Shown here piece by piece: positions 1 through 12,539 of a stretch of 64,000 bases of DNA (the stretch's first letter is position 1; the number at the start of each line of letters is the position of its first letter). Origin of the DNA: the human T2T-CHM13v2.0 reference genome, Homo sapiens; assembly GCF_009914755.1 (NCBI RefSeq), contig NC_060929.1; one strand, 5' to 3'. The notes under the pieces are model-generated. The model searched no databases and had not been told where the DNA came from. It saw nothing but the letters and a program-made list of their open reading frames with translations. The position numbers were made by a program, and so were the translations under genes.

Positions 1-300
1 TGCTTGAAATAATCGTGATCCTGTGAATGTTAACTGAAAGAAAATCAAGAACAGCTCTCAGGCAACATATATAATTTTGGGAAAATAAGAGGTTGAGGAA
101 ACCCCTGAATATCTTCCTCTTCAACTTTTTTTTTTCGTAATTCATAGCTTGCTTTCTGACTTTCCTCTGCTCACATCTATTTCTCCCAGCTCATTTTCTC
201 CCAAACTCCTGTCAGTGAACACAAGCTTGAGTCTTGACAAATCATGGCACTCAAGTGCAGAACTCTCTAAGGCACTGTCACAGAAAGGAGGCAATTAAAG

Positions 301-340
301 AAGAGGAGGAGGAGGAGGAGGAAGGGAAGAAGGTGGAGGA
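301..340 (+). repeat. (GGA)n purine-rich microsatellite
   Basis: gaggaggaggaggaggaggaagggaagaagg read directly. Confidence 0.9.
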
Positions 341-1319
341 GCCGACTTAAGTGAATGAGGTTAGACAGCTCTAAAATCTGGAATGCTCATCTCAGCCCTA
401 ACTCGGAAGTTGATGCCCCAGGAGTAGGGTGGATGGATGGTGGGTAAGGGGAATATATTTCCAAGAAGAAGTATGGGAAATAGACGGGCCCTCAATGTAA
501 CATTAATACACTGTTCTGTTAGGTCTCAGGGATAACCTATGTTTCCCTGGCCACACATATTGCTTTGGAAATTTGAAGAAAACAAGATATAAAAAGCAAC
601 CAAAGCAGGAGTTATATTTGAATAAGATGATAATTTCAGAATAATGTCTCTGGAGATGGTCTATTCAAGAGTTTTGTGGATATGATGCTATTTTAATGAA
701 ACCAATATGCGAAATGTGTCATATTGCCACCTAATCAAGCTGTGATAATGTTTCCATTGGATATTACATCAGTGTTCTGTTCTGATTCCAGATGAAATTT
801 AAGGCGTTGACTACCAACTATAAAGTCCAAAATTATCTGGATTATGGTTACTTTCTTCCCTCCTGATGTTATATGTTGTGAATTTAGACTTCTGGGGCAT
901 TCTCGCCACTAGTTTTTAGATTACATTGATGAGAATTATAGAATAAAACTTGTTTTCATGCATTCTTGCTTAGGGAATACTGGCTAGCTTTCTTGGGGGG
1001 GGGCAGGAAGAAGAATATCTAAGCATGTAAATAGCGTCTATTGATATTGGACTTTCTTTGAAAAAGTTTTATTTCAAAATTTTAAGTATTTAAACTAAAG
1101 TAACTGGGTCTTTGAAGTTTCAAATATTGTTCTGTATGTATAACCTTATGCTTAAGTTTTATAGATTTAAATTTATGTTCTAAATAATGCAATTCTGGCT
1201 TAGGGATAGAGGATGGGAATGTAAAATGATTCCAAAATGTGAAAATGTTACTTTTTAACCTTCCTTTATAAAATATATTACTGAAACTTCTAGATATTTT
1301 AATAAATCCCTTGTTGTAA

Positions 1320-1420
1320 TGGACCCATCCTGGTTATCTCCTAATTAGAACCCTACTTCAACTCTGTCTCTACTCTAATTCATTCAGTTTGTTTTATTCA
1401 TAGTGGCCAGCATTATCTGT
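1320..1420 (+). mobile_element. L2 LINE fragment
   Basis: ctcctaattag...cttcaactctg...catagtggccagcattatct resembles the L2 3' region; short and diverged. Confidence 0.4.
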
Positions 1421-2234
1421 TTTTAATTAATAGACTTATTTTTAAAGCAGTTAGGTTTATAGAGCAATTGAGAAGAAAATACAGAGAGTTCCTATATACC
1501 TCTCCAACCTCCCACAGTTTCCCTTATTACTAATCTGTTGCCACATTTGTTATCGATGAGCCAATACAGGTACCTTATTATTAACTAAAATCCATAGTGG
1601 ACATCATCATTTACTCTTTGTATTAAATAGCCTGTAGTTTTTGACAAATATAAAATGACATGTATCCACCATTACAATATCATACAGAATAGTTTTACTA
1701 TCCTAAAAGTTACTTGTGTTTTACCTGGTCATCTCTCCCTATCTCCCACGGATCACTGGCAACCGTTTTATTTTTTTAACTTTTCCTGTGCTTTGCCTTT
1801 TATGAAATGTCATTTATTTGGAATCGTTTAGTATTTAGCCTTTTCAGATTAGTTTATTTGACTTAACAATATGTGTTTAAGTTTCCTCTACGTCTTTTGT
1901 GTAACTTTTATTGCTGAATAAGGTTCCACCGTGTGGATATGCCACAGTTTATTTATCCATTCACCTATTGAGTGCAACGTCTTGGTTGCTTTCACGTTTT
2001 GGAAATTATGAATAAAGCTGCTATAAACATTTATGTGCAGGTTTTTGTGTGGGCATGCATTTTAAGTTCCTTTGGGTAAATACCAAGGAGGCCTACTGCT
2101 GGATCCTCTCTTAAGAGTATAGGTAGTTTTGTAAGAAACTGCCAGACTATCTTCCAAAGTGGCTGTACCATTTTGCATTCCCATTAGCAATAAGTGAGAG
2201 TTCCCATTTGTATATATCCAGGCCAGTATTTCAT

Positions 2235-2404
2235 ATGGTCAGTGTTTTGAATTTTAGACATTCTAATACCAACAGATGTATAGTAGTATCTCACTGTTGT
2301 TTCAATATGCTATCCCTTAATGGTCATTGTTTTGAATTTTAGACATTCTAATACTAACAGATGTATAGTAGTATTTCACTGTTGTTTCAATATGCTATCC
2401 CTTA
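2235..2404 (+). repeat. 85-bp tandem duplication inside the L1
   Basis: 2235-2319 vs 2320-2404, 3 mismatches on manual alignment. Confidence 0.92.
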
Positions 2405-3148
2405 ATGTATGTTTAGCATCTTTTTATATGTCCAGTTATCATGTGTGTGTCTTCTTTGGTGAGATGTCTTTTCAGATCTTTTGCCCATTTTAAAATTGGG
2501 TTGTTTTCTTTTCTTTTCTTTTTTTCTTTCTTTCTTTTTTTTTTTTATTCTAAGAGTTGTTTGTACATTTCAGATACCGGCAAAGATTCTCTCCTAACAT
2601 GTGGCTTGTCTTTCATTTTCTTAACACTCTGTTTCATAAAGGTTTACAATGTTAATGAAGTCCAGCATCTCAATTTTTTCTTTCATGGATCATGATTTTG
2701 GTGTTGTACCTAAGAAATCATTGCCAAATCCAATTTCATATAGGTTTTCCTATATGTTATTTTCTAGAAGTTTTATAGTTTGTGTTTTACATTTAGGTCT
2801 TTGATCTATTTTGAGTTAATTTTTGTGAAGTGTGTAAAGCCTGTGCTAGATTCTTCTTGTTTTTTACATGTGCATGTCCAGTACTTCCAACACCATTTGT
2901 AGAAAACCCCATGTTTTCTCCTTTTATTTGCCTTTCCTCCTTTCTAAAAAATCAATTGATTATATTTGTGTGGGTTTATTTCTGGGATACCTACTCTGTT
3001 TCATTTATCTATTTGTGTGTTCTTTTGACAATACAGTCCTAATTACTGTAATTTTATAGTAAGTTTTAAAGTTGAGTAGTGTCAGTCCTCCAACTTTGTT
3101 CTTCTTTAATACTGTGCTGACTATTCCGGATCTTTTGCCTTTCCATGA

Positions 3149-3357
3149 GAACTTTAAACTCTGTCAATATTCACAAAATAACTTGCTGGGATTTTGATTA
3201 AGACTGCATTGAATTTATATATCAAGTTTATATTCCTGGATTTCATCAAGGCCTCCCAGCTCTGTGAGTTCCTGAACTTTAAACTCAGTTTGTCAATATT
3301 CACAAAATAACTTGCTGGGATTTTGATTAAGACTGCATTGAATTTGTACATCAAGTT
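3149..3357 (+). repeat. ~80-bp direct duplication flanking a templated insert
   Basis: 3149-3228 repeats at 3274-3357; intervening 3234-3275 matches 4344-4385. Confidence 0.92.
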
Positions 3358-3643
3358 GGGAAGAATTCTCTCAACAATTTGAAGTCTTTCTATCAATGAA
3401 CATGGAATATATCTCCATTTATTTAGCTCTCTTTCATGAAAGTTTTCCTCAGATAGACCTTATACTTATTTTGTTAGGTTCATACACAAATATCTCATTT
3501 TTAGGGTGCTACACTGTAGTTTTAATTTCAAATTCTACTTGTTCATTGCTGGTATACAGGAAAGCACTTGACTTTTGTATATTAATTTTGTATCCTGCAA
3601 TCCTGCTATAATTGCTTAGTAGTTCTAGGAAGGTTTTTTTTTA

Positions 3644-4061
<418 letters not shown>

Positions 4062-4699
4062 GAATATATATATATATATAAAACTATATACATAAAAAGA
4101 TTATAACCTTTTGTTATATAGTAATATTTATTGTTAAGATACTTGAGTTTATGGGAATAGTAGGACTGCAGACATAAGAAAACCTTTATATGATAAGGTT
4201 AATTTCTGTTGCTTATCTCTCTTTTTACTATGACCCAACATGCTTCACAGGCGCTTGGTGAGAGGTTCACAGTTTCACCTCCCTTCCCACAGCCATGACC
4301 CCCTCTCTGAAATCATCATAGGAGGCCTGGGGGCCTCTTGGGATCCTGGATTTCATCAACGCCTCCCAGCTCTGTGAGTTTCTGATGTGTCCAACCCCCT
4401 AAGACAGGCTTAAAAGAAGCCCAGAATGCACTTGCTTTTTGCTGACAAAATAATCAGTGTTCATTGACCTCAAAACTACAACTATTCAAGGAACAATCCT
4501 CAAAAAATGCTGCATTCAGAACTGCTTACCCTTCTTAAAAAGTGTCATGACAAATTTCATCATGCTTTACACCCTTGTTTACCTAAGTCACTTTTGGAAG
4601 CCCAAGAATCTCAGTTCATACATTATCACCTGGGCTCATGTCCCATAAACCTTGAATATCCCCTAATATGACCACAGCATTCACTCCCACCCCATATTC

Positions 4700-5183
4700 C
4701 AAACTCTTTCACTGTGCTCTGTTTATCATCAAAATCTAACCTCTCTGGTATCTTCAACTGTCTTCTCATCATTCCCTTCACCTTTTTTCTTTAACTGAAA
4801 TCTGGTCATCCTTGAAAACACTGATTACTTTCTAGTTCTTTCCATTAATGGCTATTTTTATTAACCCTCTTTCGGTTTCATTGTTCCTTCAGACAACCGT
4901 ATCTCCCTGTCCCCCACAAAAGACAAGATCCTCTGAAGTCCATCGTCCTTTCTTGGGAATCTACCAGCCTCCCCCTCATTCACTGAAGAGTTGAGCATCT
5001 AGATCACTCTTCATTTTTGGAGACTTCAATATCCATGAGGATGACCACGCCTGAGACCACTGAGCTCCTAGACCTCACTTTTCCTGGCCCCACTTTAGTC
5101 CATGTCATACCACAGACTTTGAATTACTAACAGTTATACCACCTTCAAGATAAGGACTTCAGGCATTACACTCTTTTACCAAC
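4700..5183 (+). mobile_element. L2 LINE ORF2 endonuclease-domain remnant
   Basis: 5013-5045 translates IFGDFNIHEDD (APE endonuclease GDFN motif of L2/CR1); a downstream HTTDF stretch resembles GHTLDL. Confidence 0.75.
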
Positions 5184-5690
5184 TGTTAGTTTCCTATTGC
5201 TGCTGTTATAAACTTAGTGGCTTAGACAACGCCAATTTTTTAATCTTATGATTTTGGGCTAAGATATCCAAAATGGGTCTCACAGGCTAAAATCAAGGTG
5301 TAAGCAGAGCTGCCTTCCTTCTAGAGGCTCTATAAAGAATGTATTTTATTGCCTTTTTCAGCTTCTAGAGGCCACCTGCTTTCCTTGCCTTGCAACTGTG
5401 TCCTCCTCCTTCAAAGCTAGCAGCATACAGTCTTCAACTCTCTCTGAATTTGACCCCATTTCTTTCATTACATCTCCTTTGTCTGATCCTCATGTCTCTG
5501 ATCCCCATATCTCCCTCTTATAAGGACCATTTTGATTATATTGGGCTGACCCAGGTAATTCAGGAAACTCTCCCATTTTCAAGACCCTTAATCACATCTG
5601 CAAATTCCCTTTTGCCATGTAAGGTAACATATTCACAGATTTGGGGATTCAGATGTGGGCATCTTTTGTAGGCCATTATTTTCTCTACTA
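5184..5690 (-). mobile_element. MaLR LTR (MLT1D/C-like)
   Basis: Reverse complement of MLT1 motifs: ttagtttcctattgctgctg...taatcacatctgcaaattcccttttgccatgtaaggtaacatattcacag...gccattatt. Confidence 0.88.
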
Positions 5691-6030
5691 GATGAGCTAT
5701 CTTATATTTCTAGGTCACTTAGTGATTCCCTGTCTCCAACAATTATTTGATTACCTTTGGATCTAATCCATTTACTGTACCACTTATTCGTCGTCTGTTA
5801 TTGTCTTAATGGACTTACTTTTCTTCTTATCCAATTTACATTCTATGGTCCTTTACTACAATTACTCCCTAGCAGATACTTTCAACACCTCTCTCCCTCA
5901 CCCTGAACCCTCTCCTGACTTCTGTAATACTCATCAGGCTGTATCCCTAGTTAAGTCCAACCAACTCTCTGCCTACCTACTTTGTCCCTGCCCCTGCACC
6001 TGAGTAGCAGAATGTGACTAGGAAAAAACC
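5691..6030 (+). mobile_element. L2 ORF2 remnant, continuation after the MLT1 insertion
   Basis: Peptide MVLYYNYSLADTFNTSL and following sequence resemble L2 ORF2 between EN and RT. Confidence 0.6.
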
Positions 6031-6479
6031 CACAGGTTCAGGAGTAATCTTTCTTATCCCCCTCCTCTTGTTTCCTTGGATGCCGAGGGACGTAAATAAC
6101 GTACCTCTCCTGTCTCTAGCCTCTCATTCACTCTGCACTGAATGGGGAGCTGTGACTTTATTTACTTGGGCGATTAAAACGAGGAATTAGAGCCTCTCCC
6201 TCCTTGTCCTTGGGATCTGGCTGCTTGCAGAAGTATGAGGTCCCCTCTGTTCTGTGCTGTGCTGCTTTGAGAGGGCACTGATCCTATGGGGAGTTTTCAG
6301 TTTTCCAGCACTGACAATAACTGTGTTGGTGAACCTATCTAATTTTGGGGCTTTAATATTAGGAAGTTCACTTGCCCACAGATATCAGATACATTTTTCA
6401 AAATCAGGATGAAATAAAAGTAATATTTGGTTTCCTATTTGCATTTTTCTCACCTTTTTTTCTCAGTTGAGATAAAACT

Positions 6480-6730
6480 CAATTGAGTCCCTTGAAACTC
6501 TCACCACTCTATCTAAAGTAGCCCTCTTTCACTCTCAATTGCTTTGTCCGGATTGATTCTTCTTTGTAATGCTTGACCTATGTATTTATTTGTCTGCTGT
6601 CTGTTTCCTTTGCTAAATATAAGACACATGAGTGAGGGTAGGATGTTTGTTTTAGTCTATTCCTAGTGCCTGGAACAGTTCTTGGCTCATAGCAGGTTCT
6701 GAATGTATATTTCTTGATGATTATTGAAGG
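6480..6730 (+). mobile_element. L2 3' end
   Basis: tattcctagtgcctggaacagttcttggctcatagcaggttctgaatgtatatttcttgatga. Confidence 0.75.
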
Positions 6731-7097
6731 AAAGAATGTGAGGACATTTTCAGTATCTGAAGGTTCAATTTTGACTCTTGTAATTGTATTTTGTTTTATT
6801 ACAAATATGTCAACTCTCAATTTTCTAGGGTAGAGTTAATGATTTGGAGATTAAGCTTGGTAAAATTTAATAATATTTCATGTGTTAAAAGTTAACTATA
6901 TATTAGCTAAAAATTCTGCATAGTAATTTTCCATGAAAGTTTGTAATAACTGACATATGAAATTGTGTTTGCTTTAACCTGGGGACGTTCTTTTCTTTGT
7001 CAATCAGAAGTATAGAATAGTAATTTAAATGTTGGAATTCAAGCAAAAAAGCTGAGAGATTAATATTTTTAAAACCTCTTAAAATTAGAAAAAAAGG

Positions 7098-7395
7098 GGC
7101 AGGGCGTGGTGGCTCACGCCTGTAATCCCAGCACTTTGTGGGGGCTGAAGCGGGCAGATCACAAAGTCAGGAGATCAAGACCATCCTGGCTAACACGGTG
7201 AAAACCCGTCTCTACTAAAAATAGAAAAAAAAAAAAAATTAGCTGGGGGTGGTGGCTGGCACCTGTAGTCCTAGCTACTCGGGAGGCTGAGGCAGGAGAA
7301 TGGCATGAACCTGGGAGGTGAACTGAGATCGGGCCATTGGACTCCAGCCTGGGCAACAGAGTGAGACTCTGTCGCAGAAAAAAAAAAAAAAAAAA
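7098..7395 (+). mobile_element. Alu (AluY-like) with small right-arm deletion
   Basis: caggagatcaagaccatcctggctaacacggtg and gaatggcatgaacc; gagcttgcagt segment missing near 7320. Confidence 0.95.
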
Positions 7396-7442
7396 GGAAA
7401 AGATAAGATTACGTCTTAAAAGCATGGTATGAAGAACAAGTT

Positions 7443-7847
<405 letters not shown>

Positions 7848-7924
7848 TCATTAGCAATGGTTAGAGAAATGCTGCTAGACAAGACAACAGTTTATTCCAA
7901 GTGTCAGACTGAAAGATGTAACAG

Positions 7925-8285
7925 ACATCTACTGTTCTTTTCTGGTAATAGACCCAGGTTTTCCTTCTGGGAGTTTTCCTTCTCCCATTTGCAGTCCATG
8001 TGATTCACATGGCCTGATTGCTCTCCTAGGTCCAGAGGGGGTCATGAGGATCAAGCTTGAGTGCTCACCAGATTCCATGTCTCTGGCCACATTTACTGGT
8101 GAACATTCACTATGGACTCATGATCCAAGCTCTCCTGATGAATATGAATGCCAGGACTTCTGTTGGAGCTCTTGGGAACAAAGTATGCATTTTAGATGGA
8201 GTTGATCTGCTTAGCAGAACATAAGATTATAAAAAAATGTTTTTTAAAAAGAAAAATACTGTGGCTGCCAGTAGCTGTCTTGCTG
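7925..8285 (+). mobile_element. Old MaLR LTR (MLT1J/K-like), 5' part
   Basis: cttttctggtaatagacccaggttttccttctggga...attccatgtctctggccaca...ccaggacttctgttgga; appears to resume at ~9305. Confidence 0.6.
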
Positions 8286-8287
8286 GA

Positions 8288-9270
8288 GGCAGGCCAACTC
8301 ACTGAAAATCCATTCTCCAAAAACGAATTATCTGAAATTAAATTTTCCTAATGAAAATTTGTTATATGGAAAATATAACAATTTACCAAAACCTTATTTA
8401 ACAACTTGTAAAGATTACCACAATTTATACTGGGTGCTATGCTTTTAAAAGCTTATGAAGATTACTAGTTTTTATTTTTCTTCCTATAAGCAGTTTAAAT
8501 AATGTTCTAGTTTATGAATTCTAAAGATTATAGGGTGACTTATTTTTCTTAAATATCTATATTTAACATTTACAAAGCAGTATTTCGTCACCAATAATCA
8601 ATAGCAGTTCATGTGAATTTTTTCCAATATCTGTTTACTTCAAATATTTTTAATGTCTTTTTTAATATTATTAGCATTTAGCATTGTTCAGATCCCTCTG
8701 CCAATTTTCCATGTGACATTTAAACCTTAGTTTATTTCTAAAACATCGTAGCAAAATGTAATATTTGGGGTGACTTTTCCTCTCACCTTCTAGTTAATTT
8801 TATGCTTTAGACATATCTTCTTCTTTTAAGGATTTTTAGCCAATTAATTTTGATCCTTCAAATTCTTGTATTTTTGTGTCACATATGTCAAATCTGACAT
8901 AGTAATCATACAGTACATTATAGTAATAATTGTAATTGCTTCTGGACATTCTAATTTCCTAAACACTGCTTTGAATAATTTTACCTTTTTACATCAAACC
9001 TCTTAGTTATTTCCAAGTTCATATACCCAATTATTTATTGTGAGAAATTAGAATAACTGTTCATTTCTTATGGATGGTTTTTATGCTATATTTTCTCCAG
9101 TTTTAGGCATGTTTAATTTTATTTCGTCAATTCCTCAAATGGCATATCAGCCTACTTTATATCTACCCATTGTTAACCAAAATTTCTGAAAAGAGTTGAC
9201 ATTAGACAAATTTATATTCATGAATTTGCCTTTGGAAAATAAATTTTGGTAAAATCTAATACCATTTCTA
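8288..9270. mobile_element. AT-rich DNA-transposon-like insertion, family uncertain
   Basis: Interrupts the MLT1 LTR; ends form an imperfect inverted repeat (actgaaaatccattctccaaaaacgaatt / aatttgcctttggaaaataaattttggt). Confidence 0.45.
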
Positions 9271-9304
9271 TCACAAAGGAGAACTTTGCTAATTATGAAT
9301 TTAA

Positions 9305-9380
9305 TGCAGAACTGAGAGATAGAGACAGATTGCTGACAATCTAATTTGAACACCTGGATCCTGCTGTTCTTGAAGACAGA
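9305..9380 (+). mobile_element. MLT1J/K-like LTR, continuation
   Basis: gcagaactgagagatagagacag...tttgaacacctggatcctgctgttcttgaag. Confidence 0.55.
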
Positions 9381-9384
9381 GATT

Positions 9385-9560
9385 GCAGATTGGATTCCCA
9401 GGAATGCAAACTGTAAGCTGGAAATTGGGCTCATAACATAGAGAGTATATTAAGAGGTGCTCTTGGGACTAACACCTGCAGAAGGGAAGTGAAAGAGGCC
9501 GAGTTGGGCTGAGAAAGAAGTTGGCCTGTGATGCAGTATCACCAAGGCCCACAGACAATC
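9385..9560 (-). mobile_element. ERVL LTR fragment (LTR16-like)
   Basis: gtgctcttgggactaacacctgcagaagggaagtgaaagaggccgagttgggctgagaaagaagttggcctgtgatgcag. Confidence 0.7.
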
Positions 9561-10344
9561 CCACCCTTTCTGGTGACTGCATCATGTTGACTTTGATCTA
9601 GCTCAACTCTTTTCCTAGCATCATGGGACCAGGGACACTGAATTATAATCAGAAGCTTACGTGAGAAACATGGAATGAGATGGGGAAATTGGAGACTTTT
9701 TTTGGCTCATGGTAAAACCTCAAGAATCTTGCACAGTGGAGGATTTCTCTCTGGTGACTGTTTATGTCTTCTAGATGTGAGGTCTCTTTTCCATGGAATG
9801 TGTTGGAAGGAATCACAATGCCAATTCTACCTCCAAAATCCTCATTTTCCGGTTTCATTATTCACCATCAACATTTTTATGACAAAATTTAATTTTCCTT
9901 GTTTTCTAGTTCTGGAAAATCCTCATCAGAACTTCTATCAGTTATAGCTCCTGTGTAAATCCTCTTGCCTTTGACTATTACTACTAAATATATTGTTTCA
10001 TAAAGATAAATGGGCACATAAATACTTTCATTACATAGGAATTATACTATTCATGGAGGGGGCATCTCTAACTAGGACTTGCACTTACAGTCTATATAAA
10101 GGGGGGCCTGTTTTCTTTGAAACCCAACACTGCATGGTCAGAAACCATGGCACTTCGATCTGTCTCTGAATGCTTTGAAGAATATAGGCCTTCATATTAG
10201 GTTTCTTAGAAGAATACACAGAAATTGTATATAGTGCATCACAGAGCAAATTTCTAAAAATTCTCTGAGCACCTTTATCCCTCTACCAAACCTGGGGAAA
10301 CAGAAGTAACCAAAATGGAAAAATTTCTTAAATATTTGGAGTTT

Positions 10345-10960
10345 ACTAGCATAGTGGGAGAAAAGAGGCAGTAAATAAATAAACAAGATAAATAAACAAG
10401 ATCATTTAAAATAGTGATAAGTACTATATAGAAAATATAACAGGGTAATGGATAGAGAGTGGAACAGGGGAGCCACTTCAGAGAGTATAATTAGAAAAGA
10501 TTTTGATGGGGTGACACTTTGGCTGAAAACCGTATGGAGAGACAGTTGACTATATAAAGGTCATGGGCAGGAGAATTCCAGCCAAAGTAAATAAATAGAT
10601 GAGGGTGGAGGCATAGGCAGGAGCCAAATCATACATGGCCTTATAGACAAAAATAAGACACTGATTTTTGTTCTGATTGCAATAGGACTCCAATGGAGAC
10701 TTTTAAGTAAGAGAGCAATATAATCTGATTCACAATTTAAAATGATCACTCTAGATTGTGGGGACATAAGATTGTCAGGGAGACACCTATTATAGTAATC
10801 CGGGAGAGAGGTGATGGTGGCTTGGATTTGTGGGGTGTCAGAGAAGATAGTGAAAAGTGGTAAAATTATGATATGTGTTGGAGAGAAAAATCATAAGACT
10901 GGCTAATGATTGAAATAATGGTAGGGAAGTTGGTAGTGAGGCAAACAGAGGAATCAAGGG
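10345..10960 (-). mobile_element. L2 LINE
   Basis: caatggagacttttaagtaagagagcaatataatctgattcacaatttaaaatgatcactct...tagtaatccgggagagaggtgatggtggcttgga. Confidence 0.85.
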
Positions 10961-11339
10961 AAACTTTCCTGTTTCTTTCTTTCTGCAAGCAGTTTCCTCA
11001 TAAGGTGGTATTCTTCCTTTACCACCTCCATGTCCGCCACATACCATGTTAGTGATGGACTCCCTTCCAGGTGCTCTCTTCAGAGACAGCCTCTGGGAAG
11101 TCGGGTTCATTGTTTGCTCTGGCTGCCTTGTTTTGGAGAAGCAGGACTACTGGAATTCTGATGACTGCATGTTTCTCTCTTGATAACATCATGTTATAGT
11201 CACCTAGCTTTGTTCTTCCCATTACCTCTGTCTTAAATTGTTTGACCTCTGTGACCTCCTCCAACCCTCTCTTGCCTCTAGAAAGACATTTTTATCCTTT
11301 AAATATTAACTCCTCTCTTTAGTTCTCCCCTCTTTGCCA

Positions 11340-11555
11340 GTGGAATAGATGACTCTGTGCTTCCATATCTTTTTGTACCTATCTCTAATATTTTATGCCA
11401 CATCATATCTTCATTGTTTAACTTTTTGTCTATCCCATGAAAATGTGAACTGTTCATAGGTAAGGAAAATGTCTTTTTTAAAAAAAAAAAATCTATGTAC
11501 TCCCAGCACAGAGCCTGGCACATTATAGGCTCTGAGGAAATGTTGGTTCAGTTAA
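11340..11555 (+). mobile_element. L2 3' end
   Basis: tgtactcccagcacagagcctggcacattataggctctgaggaaatgttgg. Confidence 0.7.
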
Positions 11556-11870
11556 AGGCACTGAATTACTTCATGTTCTATTTCAATGAGTTTTGTTTGG
11601 TAACCACTTACTTAAATAATCAAAAATATTTATGAAAAACACCTACATGCTGTTTCTTACCAAAACAGTTATTTTAGGTGCTTATTGTTAATTTAAAGGA
11701 GTATTTAAAAATTTTGCATTATATATTTGCAGTCTCTAATTTCTTTCCTTCACTGGAACCAGCAGATGGCACAGAAAGTTAAACTTTATGTGTTTACCAT
11801 GGAAAAAAAGGTGAATGTTCATTGACCTCTAGCCTTTTCTCCTGGACATAGTAATATCCATTCTTAACAG

Positions 11871-12017
11871 CTTCAGCTCTATGCTGCTTGATAGACTTGT
11901 CACCAGTTCCTCGCAAAGTTGCCACATAAACTCTACTTAAGGGTGGAAGGCGTGGAACCACTAGCCTTTTTCTGAGGAGCATCTTGCTTCTAAAAAGCCA
12001 CCGTAGAGATGCTGATG
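11871..12017 (+). other. Candidate non-coding exon (147 nt)
   Basis: Acceptor atccattcttaacag|, donor ATG|gtgaga; stops in all three + frames; non-repetitive; no transcript evidence. Confidence 0.2.
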
Positions 12018-12539
12018 GTGAGAGTGATGTCGTGTGTGTAGATACAGATTCATCTTCTGAAGACATACATTTCTTTTAATTTAGGAAGATATAGTTTTTT
12101 AGGCAAAAGGACTGGAGGAGAGGAACAATTTGATGATTCAAATTAAAAAGGGAAAGACACTACTGTGTGTCATATTTTGGCAGGCCGGGACAGAGGGATC
12201 AATGCACCTTTCACATTTTTCCAAGGTGAGAATTGTACTAACTTTAAGGTAAACTGGGAGAAAGTATTAGTTGATACAATATGTTTTTAGAGTAACAAGT
12301 TTTTTAGCAGGGTTGAATAAGCATCTTTCTATGTTAATCATTGAAGGGAAACCAAAATAATTATATTTTTGACTAAGAATAGAACTGCAAATTGTGCCAC
12401 TATCACCAGCATCTAAAGAAATATATAAATTAAAGTAAGTCCGTGATTATATTTGAGTCTCAAACATCTTACTGTTAAAACCTATGGGAAACAACCTGGT
12501 ATTACCTCATCAAAGAAAAAAAAAACCCTATTTCTTAAC

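Noticed and set aside
2441-3611. Hydrophobic F/L-rich + strand ORFs resembling membrane peptides
   Set aside because: Antisense reading of the T-rich L1 fragment.
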